Source: Rhodospirillales bacterium
Lineage (GTDB): Bacteria > Pseudomonadota > Alphaproteobacteria > Acetobacterales > Acetobacteraceae
Direction: 5' to 3'
Length of the DNA stretch: 33,779 nucleotides
Assembly (NCBI GenBank): GCA_028870815.1
Contig: JAGWOU010000001.1
Span: 1 to 33,779, forward strand
Shown here: positions 16,839-25,054 of the stretch, one piece after another
Layout: each line of letters starts with the position of its first letter
How positions within the stretch are numbered: position 1 is the stretch's first letter
Translations under genes and position numbers: made by a program
The notes under the pieces: generated by a model
The model's input: only the letters and a program-made list of their open reading frames with translations
What the model was told of the DNA's origin: nothing
The model's database searches: none

Positions 16839-17750
16839 ATGGCGCTTGATGTGGTGAGCCAACCGGACGCCCTGGCTGCGGCGCTGGCGGAAACCGCGCG
16901 GCTGGTGGAGGCGCAGCTGGAGGCGTTGCTGCCTGTGCCGGAAGGCGCGGAAGCGAAGCTGGTGGAGGCCATGCGCTATGCCGTGCTGAATGGCGGCAAG
17001 CGGATGCGCGCCTTTCTGGTGATTGAGGTGGCGAAACTGTTCGCGGTGAACCGCACCTGTGCCGCGCGCGTGGCCGCTTCGGTTGAGATGCTGCATGCCT
17101 ATTCGCTTGTGCATGACGATCTGCCGGCGATGGACGACGATGACCTGCGCCGCGGCCAGCCGAGCTGCCACAAGAAATTCGACGAAGCCACCGCCATTCT
17201 GGCGGGGGACGCGCTGCAAACCCGCGCCTTTGAGGTGCTGGCCGAGGAAGATACCCATGCCGACCCGGAAGCGCGGGTGGAACTGGTGCTGGCCTTGGCC
17301 GGGGCTTCCGGCATGCGCGGCATGGTCGGCGGCCAGATGATCGACATGGAATCCGAGGGCAAGGACCTAACGGGACCGGAGATCACCCGTTTGCAGGCGC
17401 TCAAAACCGGACGGCTGATCCAGTACGCCGCCGAGGCGGGGGGGATTCTGGGGCGCGCGCCGGCCCCGCAGCGCCAGGCGATCATGGCCTATGGGCGCGA
17501 TCTGGGGGCGGCCTTCCAGATTTATGACGATGTGCTGGATGAAACCGCCTCGGCCGAGGAAATGGGCAAGACGGCGGGCAAGGATGCCGCCGCCGGCAAA
17601 GCCACGATGGTGCGTATTCTGGGCCTCGCCCGCGCCAGGGCGCAGGCGGAGATGCTGGCGGAGCAGGCGGCCGGGCATCTGGACGTGTTTGGCGAGCGAG
17701 CCGCGCTGTTGCAGGCGCTGGCGCAGTTCACCGTCTCTCGCAGAAGCTGA
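16839..17750 (+). CDS. ispA: Farnesyl/geranylgeranyl diphosphate synthase
   Basis: GGKRMR, FARM LVHDDLPAMDDDDLRRG, GQMID, KTG, SARM FQIYDDVLD, GKTAGKD. Confidence 0.93.
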   Translation: MALDVVSQPDALAAALAETARLVEAQLEALLPVPEGAEAKLVEAMRYAVLNGGKRMRAFLVIEVAKLFAVNRTCAARVAASVEMLHAYSLVHDDLPAMDDDDLRRGQPSCHKKFDEATAILAGDALQTRAFEVLAEEDTHADPEARVELVLALAGASGMRGMVGGQMIDMESEGKDLTGPEITRLQALKTGRLIQYAAEAGGILGRAPAPQRQAIMAYGRDLGAAFQIYDDVLDETASAEEMGKTAGKDAAAGKATMVRILGLARARAQAEMLAEQAAGHLDVFGERAALLQALAQFTVSRRS

Positions 17751-17786
17751 CCCCGCCGCCCGGCGCTGCGAGATTATTGGCCTGAC

Positions 17787-17827
17787 TGCCCATACCCTGG
17801 GCGATGTGTTCGGCTAAAATTTAGGCA
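17787..17827 (+). promoter_or_regulatory. Tandem NtrC-like enhancer boxes
   Basis: Two 17-bp near-palindromes, TGCCCATACCCTGGGCG (17787-17803) and CGGCTAAAATTTAGGCA (17811-17827), resembling TGC-N11-GCA, just upstream of a sigma54 site. Confidence 0.6.
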
Positions 17828-17867
17828 AGGCTCGCAGGGAGGACGCGCCCTGCCGCGCTTTCCTGGC

Positions 17868-17883
17868 TGGCACCAAAGTTGCT
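17868..17883 (+). promoter_or_regulatory. sigma54 (-24/-12) promoter of the purine cluster
   Basis: TGGCAC-CAAAG-TTGCT, an exact match to the TGGCAC-N5-TTGCW consensus. Confidence 0.85.
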
Positions 17884-17930
17884 TCCTAAATTCCGCAAAA
17901 GACGGGTTGCGGGTTTCAGGAGCGGGTTGC

Positions 17931-18962
17931 ATGACGTTGGTTGAAACCGGAAATGGAATGCGCAAGGCGCAGGCTGGTGTAGCCGCGCGCGAGGCGTCTT
18001 TTCATGAAATTCCGGTGATAGATTTCGCCGCCATGCAGGGCGATGACCTGGCCGCCAAAAAGCAGGTGGCGGCCGCACTTTACCAGGCGGCCACCAGGAT
18101 CGGGTTTTTCTATATCAAGAATCATGGCGTGCCGGAGGCGGTCATCCAGGCGATGTTCGCCGCCGGCCCGGCTTTTTTCGCGTTGCCATACGATGAAAAG
18201 ATGAAGGTTCACGTGAAGCTTTCCACCAATAATTCCGGCTACACGCCGCTGTTGGAGGAGAACGTGAACCCCAAGGCCAAGGGCGATTTGCACGAGGCCT
18301 ATGACATTGCCGCCGAATTGGACCCGAATGACCCCGATCTGGCCAGCGGCAAGGGGCTGTATGGCGTGAATCTCTGGCCGGAGGGGATGCCGGAATTCCG
18401 CCGGGCGATGCTGGACTATCACCATGAGGTGCTGAAGCTCGGGCGGCGCATGTTCAAAGCTTTCGCGCTGGCTTTGGGGCAGGATGAGGATTTCTTCGCG
18501 CCCATGATCACCAAGCCCACCTGCGCCCAGCGCATCATCTATTACCCGCCGCAGGAAGGGGTGATCGACGAGGACCAGATCGGCATTGGTCCGCATTCGG
18601 ATTATGAGTGCTTCACCATCCTGGCGCAGCATGAGGTGCCGGCCCTGCAAGTGCTCAACACTGCCGGGGAGTGGATTGCGGCCCCGCCGATCCCCGGCAC
18701 TTTTGTGGTGAATATCGGCGACCAGATGGCGCGCTGGAGCAATGATGTATTCGCCTCCACCCTGCATCGCGCCATCAACCTCACTGGCCGGGCGCGTTAT
18801 TCCGCGCCGTTTTTCCTGGGCACGAATTACGATACGCTGATCGACGCGCTGCCCGGCTGCGTGACGCCCGAACGCCCGCGCAAATACGATCCCATCATCG
18901 CCGGTGATTATGTGCAGAGCCGGTTCGACGCGACCTATGGCTATCGCCAGACTGAATCCTGA
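17931..18962 (+). CDS. 2OG-Fe(II) oxygenase, IPNS/DIOX_N family, substrate unknown
   Basis: IPVIDF, GFFYIKNHGV, HxD (HSD)...H (STLHRA) iron triad, and RxS (RYS) 2OG-binding motif. AGGAG RBS before ATG 17931. Confidence 0.9.
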   Translation: MTLVETGNGMRKAQAGVAAREASFHEIPVIDFAAMQGDDLAAKKQVAAALYQAATRIGFFYIKNHGVPEAVIQAMFAAGPAFFALPYDEKMKVHVKLSTNNSGYTPLLEENVNPKAKGDLHEAYDIAAELDPNDPDLASGKGLYGVNLWPEGMPEFRRAMLDYHHEVLKLGRRMFKAFALALGQDEDFFAPMITKPTCAQRIIYYPPQEGVIDEDQIGIGPHSDYECFTILAQHEVPALQVLNTAGEWIAAPPIPGTFVVNIGDQMARWSNDVFASTLHRAINLTGRARYSAPFFLGTNYDTLIDALPGCVTPERPRKYDPIIAGDYVQSRFDATYGYRQTES

Positions 18963-18980
18963 AACAATAAGGAGGCTTCA

Positions 18981-20054
18981 ATGAAACTTACGAAACTAGC
19001 TGGTCTTGCCTTGGCCGCACTGGTTGCCGCCGCCCCTGCCGCGCAGGCGCAGGTGAAAATCCCGAAGCCGAAAATCGCCTTCATCTTCCTTGGCACCGCC
19101 ACGGATGGCGGGTGGTCGCAGTCTCAGGATACAGCGCGGCTGGCGCTGGCCAAAGCCTATGGCAAGGTGCCGTTTGTTGAGAACGTGCCTGAGCAGACCG
19201 ATAAGGTTGAGCAGGCGGTGGATCTTTTCATCAGCCATGGCGGCAATGTGATCATCGCCGGTTCTTATGGTTATTCCGACGCGATGGCGGCTGAAGCCAA
19301 GGCGCATCCGAACCTCGCATTCATCAACATGGCGGGCATTTCCTCAGCACCCAATCTGGAAAGCCCCTATCCCAAAACCTATCAGGGCTGGTATCTCGCG
19401 GGCATGGCGGCGGGTTACGCCACCAAGAGCAAGCAGCTTGGCATGATGCTGGGCTTCCCGATCCCCGATGTGCTGTGGGACATCAATTCCTTCGCGCTGG
19501 GCGCGCAGGCGACGAATCCGGGCACCATCGTGCATGTGGCGTTCGTGAATTCCTGGTCTGACCCGGTGAAGGAAGCCCAGATCTCCCAGGCGATGATCCA
19601 GCAGGGCGCGGATGTGATCGCGACCGACATGGATAGCCCCGCCGCGCTGGTGGTGGCTGAGAAGGCGGGCAAATATTCCGTCGGCTATCAGGTGGACATG
19701 GGCAAGAGCGCCCCGAACGGCATCCTCACCTCCGTTGTCTTTCATTGGGAGAAGGAGCTGCTGCCCGCCGTGGCGGCGATGAAGGCTGGTACCTGGAAGA
19801 GCCAGGGCACGCCGCTCTACGGCATCGATACCGGTGTGGTGGATATCGCGCCGCTGGAGCATATCCCGGCGGATGACATCGCCAAGATCGAGGCGGTGCG
19901 GCAGAAGATGATCGCGGGCAAGTTTGATGTCTGGGCCGGGCCGATCAAGGATCAGTCAGGCAAGGTGGAAGTGCCGGCGGGTTCCGCTCCCACAATCGAC
20001 CAGCTTTGGAATATGAATTATCTCGTATCCAACGTGAAAGGTTCGATGAAATAA
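18981..20054 (+). CDS. BMP-family (PnrA-like) ABC substrate-binding protein, likely purine/nucleoside
   Basis: Sec signal peptide ending AQA, DGGWSQ, YLAGMAAG, INSFALGA, SWSDPVKE, GADVI. AAGGAGG RBS. Confidence 0.9.
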   Translation: MKLTKLAGLALAALVAAAPAAQAQVKIPKPKIAFIFLGTATDGGWSQSQDTARLALAKAYGKVPFVENVPEQTDKVEQAVDLFISHGGNVIIAGSYGYSDAMAAEAKAHPNLAFINMAGISSAPNLESPYPKTYQGWYLAGMAAGYATKSKQLGMMLGFPIPDVLWDINSFALGAQATNPGTIVHVAFVNSWSDPVKEAQISQAMIQQGADVIATDMDSPAALVVAEKAGKYSVGYQVDMGKSAPNGILTSVVFHWEKELLPAVAAMKAGTWKSQGTPLYGIDTGVVDIAPLEHIPADDIAKIEAVRQKMIAGKFDVWAGPIKDQSGKVEVPAGSAPTIDQLWNMNYLVSNVKGSMK

Positions 20055-21562
20055 GCAAGCTCGCGGTCCGGCTGGCGGAGGTTGAGAAAAGCTTCGGCCC
20101 GCGGCCTGCTTTGGCCGGCGCGAATTTCTCGCTGGAATGGGGCGAGGTGCATGCCCTGCTGGGTGAGAACGGGGCCGGCAAATCCACGCTGATGAACGTG
20201 CTGGCCGGGTTTTACACGGCCGATGCGGGTATTCTGGAGGTGGATGGCGAGGCGGCGCGGTTTGAAACACCATCCGCCGCGGCGGATGCGGGCATCGGCA
20301 TGGTGCACCAGCATTTCCAGCTGGTGGGGCCGCTTTCGGTGCTGGAGAATCTGCGCTTGGCCTGCGCGCGGCGGGCAGGCTGGCGTAGCAAGGCCGAGGC
20401 GTTGCGGGCCATGGAAACGTTGGGCAAGGAGCTGGGCTTCAGACTCGACCCCTCCGCCCGCGTGGACGAGATGGCGGTTTCCGACCAGCAAAAACTGGAA
20501 ATCATGAAGGTGCTGCTGGCCGGGGCGCGGATTCTGGTGCTGGACGAGCCGACGGCGGTGCTGACGGAGCAGGAGGCGCAATCCGCCCTTGGCCTTGCCC
20601 GCAGCCTCGCCAGAAGCGGGCGCGCCGTGGTGCTCATCACCCACAAGCTGCGCGATGTGCTTGGTTTTTCGGATCGCGTCACGGTGATGCGCGCCGGGCG
20701 CACGATCATCGACGGCGCGGCCTCGGAGGGTATGACCGCCGCCTCGCTCTCCGACGCGATGGTGGGCAGCGCGCCGGTGCTGGAGATGCCGCCGCTTGCC
20801 GACGGACGGCAGTTCAAGCCGGATATGCTGAAGGTGCAGGCGCTTTCCGTCCCGGCCAGTGCCCATGGCGTGGCGCTGACGGAAATTGATTTTGCCGTGC
20901 AGGGCGGCGAGATTTTCGGCGTTGCGGGCATTGGCGGCAATGGCCAGGCGGAATTGGTGGAGGCGTTGATCGGCGTGCGCGCCCTCACCTCCGGCGCGGT
21001 GCTGTTTGACGGGGTGGACATGCCGCCGAGCCCGGAGGCGCGGCGCGAACGGGGGCTGCGCTATATTCCCGCCGACCGCATGGGCATGGGGTTGTTCGGG
21101 GAATTGCCGTTGAACGTGAACATTTCGCTCCCCCGGTTGCTGGGCGGCGGGGCGGAAAAAAAATGGCTTGTCACCAAAAGCTGGATGAACGGCCTGGCGC
21201 GGGATGCGATCAGCCAGTTCGAGGTCGCGGGCGCGCAGGTGGATCTGCCGGCGCGGCTGCTCTCCGGGGGTAATGCGCAGAAACTGATGCTGGCGCGGGA
21301 ATTTACCGGCGGCATGGAAATCCTCATCGCACATTCGCCCACGCGCGGGCTGGATATCCGCGCCGTGCAGGCGGTGCAGGCGCGGCTGCGGGCCGCCGCT
21401 GCGTCTGGTTGCGCCGTGCTGCTGATTTCAGAAGATCTTGACGAGATCATGCAGCTTTCAGACCGCGTGGCGGTGATGAGCCATGGCCGCATGAGCCCGG
21501 CTGAAAACGTGGCGGCGGTGGACCGCGCGCGGATCGGCCGGCTGATGCTGGAGATGCATTGA
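20051..21562 (+). CDS. CUT2-type tandem ABC ATPase (nucleoside transport), inferred ATA start
   Basis: GENGAGKST, GIGMVHQHF, LDEPT, LITHKL, LSGGNAQK, PTRGLD, ISEDLDE. There is no in-frame ATG between the upstream stop and Walker A. Confidence 0.9.
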   Translation: MSKLAVRLAEVEKSFGPRPALAGANFSLEWGEVHALLGENGAGKSTLMNVLAGFYTADAGILEVDGEAARFETPSAAADAGIGMVHQHFQLVGPLSVLENLRLACARRAGWRSKAEALRAMETLGKELGFRLDPSARVDEMAVSDQQKLEIMKVLLAGARILVLDEPTAVLTEQEAQSALGLARSLARSGRAVVLITHKLRDVLGFSDRVTVMRAGRTIIDGAASEGMTAASLSDAMVGSAPVLEMPPLADGRQFKPDMLKVQALSVPASAHGVALTEIDFAVQGGEIFGVAGIGGNGQAELVEALIGVRALTSGAVLFDGVDMPPSPEARRERGLRYIPADRMGMGLFGELPLNVNISLPRLLGGGAEKKWLVTKSWMNGLARDAISQFEVAGAQVDLPARLLSGGNAQKLMLAREFTGGMEILIAHSPTRGLDIRAVQAVQARLRAAAASGCAVLLISEDLDEIMQLSDRVAVMSHGRMSPAENVAAVDRARIGRLMLEMH

Positions 21563-22633
21563 ATGCCGCGCCTCATTCTCTCGCCGCGCCTGGCCGCCAG
21601 CCGCCGCTTCACCTTCCTTGTTCTATTGGGCGGGATTCTCGCCGGGCTTGTGGTCTCTGGCGGGTTTCTGCTCACCCAGGGCATGGGGCTGTCAGACCTC
21701 GCCAGCCAGTTCGTGGGCTATACCTTTGGCAACCCGGCGGGGTTGGACCAGACGCTGACGCGCTCCATTCCGCTGATTTTGGTTGGGCTTTCTGTGGCTG
21801 TGTGCCTGAAGGTGAAGTTCTGGAATATCGGCGTGGAGGGCCAGCTCTGGGCCGGGGCGATGGCCGCCACAGCCGTCTCGCTTTACCATATCGGGCCGGA
21901 AGCCGTGCGGCTGTGGGTGATGTGCATCGCGGCCCTGCTTGGCGGCGGATTGTGGTGCGGTGTTTGCGCCCTGGCGCGGATAAGGCTGCGCGCCAACGAG
22001 GTGGTGACGACGCTGCTGATGAACTACGTCGCCTATATGCTGGCGCAGCAGCTGCTTTATGGCGCCTGGCGCAACCCTCAGGATTCATTCCCTGTCTCGA
22101 AAGTTTTCGCGCCGGGGGAAACGCTGGCGCTGCTCGGCTTTGGCCATGTGCATGCGGGAATTTTCTTCTCCCTTGGTGCGGCCTTGTTCTGTTGGTGGCT
22201 CTGCGGCTTCGCGCGGGTGGGCTATATGGCCAAGGCGGTGGCGGCCAATCCGGCGGCGGCGCGCGCGGTGGGCGTGCCGGCGGGGGCGGTGGTGTTGCTG
22301 ATGGCGACATTGGGCGGCGCGCTCTCGGGCCTAGCGGGTTTCACCATTGTTTGTGGCGAGGAGCACAGGCTTACCCAGTTCGTCGGTAATGACTTCATCT
22401 TCCCCTCCATCGTCATCGCCTATCTGGCGCGCTCCAACCCGCTTGGTGTGGTGGTGGCCGCCATCGCCATCGCGGCGCTCTACACGGCGGGGGATTCGCT
22501 GAAAGCCTTTTACCAGCTTCCCGGGGCCACGGTGCTGACCATCGAGGCGATTCTGCTGCTTTGCGTCTGCTGCGCGGAATTCTGGCTCCGCTACCAGCTG
22601 GGCTGGGCCAAGAGCACGAAGGTGGCGCCATGA
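21563..22633 (+). CDS. Nucleoside ABC permease 1 (BPD_transp_2)
   Basis: WNIGVEGQL, ANEVVTTLLMNY, multiple TM segments. Confidence 0.9.
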   Translation: MPRLILSPRLAASRRFTFLVLLGGILAGLVVSGGFLLTQGMGLSDLASQFVGYTFGNPAGLDQTLTRSIPLILVGLSVAVCLKVKFWNIGVEGQLWAGAMAATAVSLYHIGPEAVRLWVMCIAALLGGGLWCGVCALARIRLRANEVVTTLLMNYVAYMLAQQLLYGAWRNPQDSFPVSKVFAPGETLALLGFGHVHAGIFFSLGAALFCWWLCGFARVGYMAKAVAANPAAARAVGVPAGAVVLLMATLGGALSGLAGFTIVCGEEHRLTQFVGNDFIFPSIVIAYLARSNPLGVVVAAIAIAALYTAGDSLKAFYQLPGATVLTIEAILLLCVCCAEFWLRYQLGWAKSTKVAP

Positions 22634-23556
22634 TGGAGCTGTTCACGGCCTGGGTAAGTACAATCCCTGCGTTTGCCGCGCCGTTTTTGCTGGCTACCGC
22701 CGGGCTTATCATCAATGAGCGTGCCGGTGTCATGAATCTTGGCGCCGAGGGCGTGATGGCGATGGCGGCCGTAACCTCTGTGCTGATGGAGATGGCAGGA
22801 CACGGCACGGCGTTAGCGCTGCTTTGCGGCATCGGCGCGGGGCTGGGGCTGGCAGCCATATTCGGCATCATGGCGGTGTTTCTGCGGGTGGATCAGGTTC
22901 TGGCCGGTCTGGTGGCCTTCGCGCTGGGCATCGGCGTTTCGGGCTTTCTGGGCGATGGCTCGGAGAACCAGACCGTGAATGGGATTTCGCCGCCGCCGGG
23001 CTCTGATTTTGCCTTTCTGCCGAAGCTGCTGGCAGGGATATTGGACCAGGACTGGCTGACATGGTTCGCCTTTTTCGCCGCTATTGCGGTTTGGTTCATT
23101 ATCGAGCGGACAGATATTGGCCTGCGCCTGCGCGCGGTGGGCGAGGATGCGCCGGCGGCGGATGCGGCGGGGGTGAACGTGGCGCTCTACCGCTTCGGCG
23201 CGGTGCTGGCGGGCGGCGTGTTGTGCGCCATCGCGGGCGCGCATCTCAGCCTTGTTGGCGCGCATATCTGGGTGGATGGCATGGTGGCCGGGCGCGGCTG
23301 GATCGCGGTGGCCATGGTCACACTCTCGCGCTGGAACGCGCTGCGCGCCATCGCCGCGGCGTTGCTGTTCGGCGCCATCCAGGCGCTGGTGCCGCAATTG
23401 CTTTCCTCAGGCATGAACGTGCCGGTTTATTTCATCCAGATGTCGCCTTATCTCGCCACCTTAGCCTATCTGCTCATTGCCGGGCTGTTCGCCAAAGGTG
23501 CAGACGCACAGCCGGCTGATCTCGGCCGGCCCTATCTGCGCGAGGAACGGCGCTGA
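22630..23556 (+). CDS. Nucleoside ABC permease 2 (BPD_transp_2)
   Basis: ERAGVMNLGAEG, GLRLRAVGE...AADAAGVNV, AGRGWIAVA, PYL. ATGA overlap with permease 1. Confidence 0.92.
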   Translation: MMELFTAWVSTIPAFAAPFLLATAGLIINERAGVMNLGAEGVMAMAAVTSVLMEMAGHGTALALLCGIGAGLGLAAIFGIMAVFLRVDQVLAGLVAFALGIGVSGFLGDGSENQTVNGISPPPGSDFAFLPKLLAGILDQDWLTWFAFFAAIAVWFIIERTDIGLRLRAVGEDAPAADAAGVNVALYRFGAVLAGGVLCAIAGAHLSLVGAHIWVDGMVAGRGWIAVAMVTLSRWNALRAIAAALLFGAIQALVPQLLSSGMNVPVYFIQMSPYLATLAYLLIAGLFAKGADAQPADLGRPYLREERR

Positions 23557-23565
23557 ACTTCGGCG

Positions 23566-23594
23566 TTGACAGGGGGAATTCCGGCGTGAACACT
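23566..23594 (+). promoter_or_regulatory. Putative internal sigma70 promoter for xdhABC
   Basis: Perfect TTGACA (23566-23571)-N17-AACACT (23589-23594) in the 70-bp gap before xdhA. Confidence 0.45.
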
Positions 23595-23626
23595 CCACAA
23601 GTTGGACATGACGTGGAGATGCGCCG

Positions 23627-25054
23627 ATGAGCGTGCGGTTCCTGCTGGATGGCGAGGTGATCGCGCTGGATGAGGTGGACCCCACCGGCATGGTGCTGGA
23701 GATGCTGCGCACCCGCCTGCGCCGCACCGGCACCAAGGAAGGTTGTGCGGAGGGCGATTGCGGCGCGTGCACTGTGCTGCTGGGCGAGCTTGCGGGCGAG
23801 GACATCGTTTGGCGGGCGGTGAATAGCTGCATTCTTTTTCTCCCTATGTTGGATGGCAAGGCGCTGCTTACGGTGGAAAGCCTGGGCGGGGATCACCCAG
23901 TGCAGCGGGAATTGGTGGCGCATCATGGTTCGCAATGCGGCTTCTGCACGCCGGGGATTGTGATGGCGCTGTATGGCCGTGCCATTGGTGCGCTGGGGGC
24001 GGAGCAGAGTGTGGCGGATACGCTGGCGGGCAACCTTTGCCGCTGCACTGGCTACGGGCCGATTCTGGCAGCGGCCGAGGCTGCGGGCCGGACCAAGCGT
24101 GACGATATGGAGTTGGTGGCGGCGTTAAAAGCGTTGCAAGCACCGGCGCGGGATTTCAGGTTCCATGATAGGCTGGCTGGGCATGAGCGCCGCGCCTTTA
24201 TCCCACGCAGCGCGGATGAACTGGCGGCGTTGTATCTTGAACATCCGCAGGCGCGGCTGGTGGCGGGTGCCACGGATGCCGGGCTGTGGGTGACCAAGCA
24301 GCATCGTGTGTTGGATGAGGTGATCTTCATCGGCGATATCGAGGATTTGCGATTTATAGAGGAAACGCCGGAAGGTATGAGGATTGGTGCCTGTGTGCGC
24401 TATGCCGAGGCGCAAGTGGCGCTGGCGCGGCTGCACCCGGCGTTGGGCGAATTGGTGCGGCGTATCGGCGGTACGCAGATCCGCAATGCCGGCACCATCG
24501 GCGGCAACATCGCCAATGGCTCGCCGATTGGCGACATGCCACCCGCCTTGATCGCGCTGGGAGCGGAATTGACGCTGCGCCGGGGTGATACCCGACGCAT
24601 AATGGCCTTGGAAGATTTTTTCATCGCCTATGGCAAGCAGGACAGGGTGCCGGGAGAGTTTGTGGAAAGCGTATTCATCCCTCGGATTGGTGAAAAAGAT
24701 CTGGTTTGTATCAGCAAGCTTTCAAAACGCTTCGACAGCGATATTTCCGCCGTCTGTGGCGCCATCGCGCTGCGGGTTGAGGCTGGTCGCATCGCGCAGG
24801 CGCGGATTGCCTTTGGCGGCATGGCGGCAACGCCGAAACGCGCCAGTGCGGCGGAGGCGTTTTTGATCGGCGCCGTATTTAGCAAAGAAAGTATGGACGA
24901 AGCAGCAACGCTGCTCGCAGCGGACTTCGCGCCGCTGAGCGATGTGCGCGGCAGCAGCGCCTATCGTCTCACCGTGGCGGGCAATCTGCTGCGCCGCTTG
25001 TGGGCTGAGAGCCAAAGCGAGGTTGTGAGCGTGCTGGGGCTGCAGCATGGCTGA
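23627..25054 (+). CDS. xdhA: Xanthine dehydrogenase small (2Fe-2S/FAD) subunit
   Basis: GTKEGCAEGDCGAC, QCGFCTPG, GNLCRCTGY, AGATD.GLWVTK, GTIGGNIANGSPIGD, KLSKRFD.DIS. Confidence 0.96.
   Translation: MSVRFLLDGEVIALDEVDPTGMVLEMLRTRLRRTGTKEGCAEGDCGACTVLLGELAGEDIVWRAVNSCILFLPMLDGKALLTVESLGGDHPVQRELVAHHGSQCGFCTPGIVMALYGRAIGALGAEQSVADTLAGNLCRCTGYGPILAAAEAAGRTKRDDMELVAALKALQAPARDFRFHDRLAGHERRAFIPRSADELAALYLEHPQARLVAGATDAGLWVTKQHRVLDEVIFIGDIEDLRFIEETPEGMRIGACVRYAEAQVALARLHPALGELVRRIGGTQIRNAGTIGGNIANGSPIGDMPPALIALGAELTLRRGDTRRIMALEDFFIAYGKQDRVPGEFVESVFIPRIGEKDLVCISKLSKRFDSDISAVCGAIALRVEAGRIAQARIAFGGMAATPKRASAAEAFLIGAVFSKESMDEAATLLAADFAPLSDVRGSSAYRLTVAGNLLRRLWAESQSEVVSVLGLQHG

Noticed and set aside
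17884-17930. Possible xanthine/purine riboswitch ahead of the purine cluster
   Set aside because: The leader from the sigma54 TSS is only about 35-40 nt, and I see no recognisable aptamer core.
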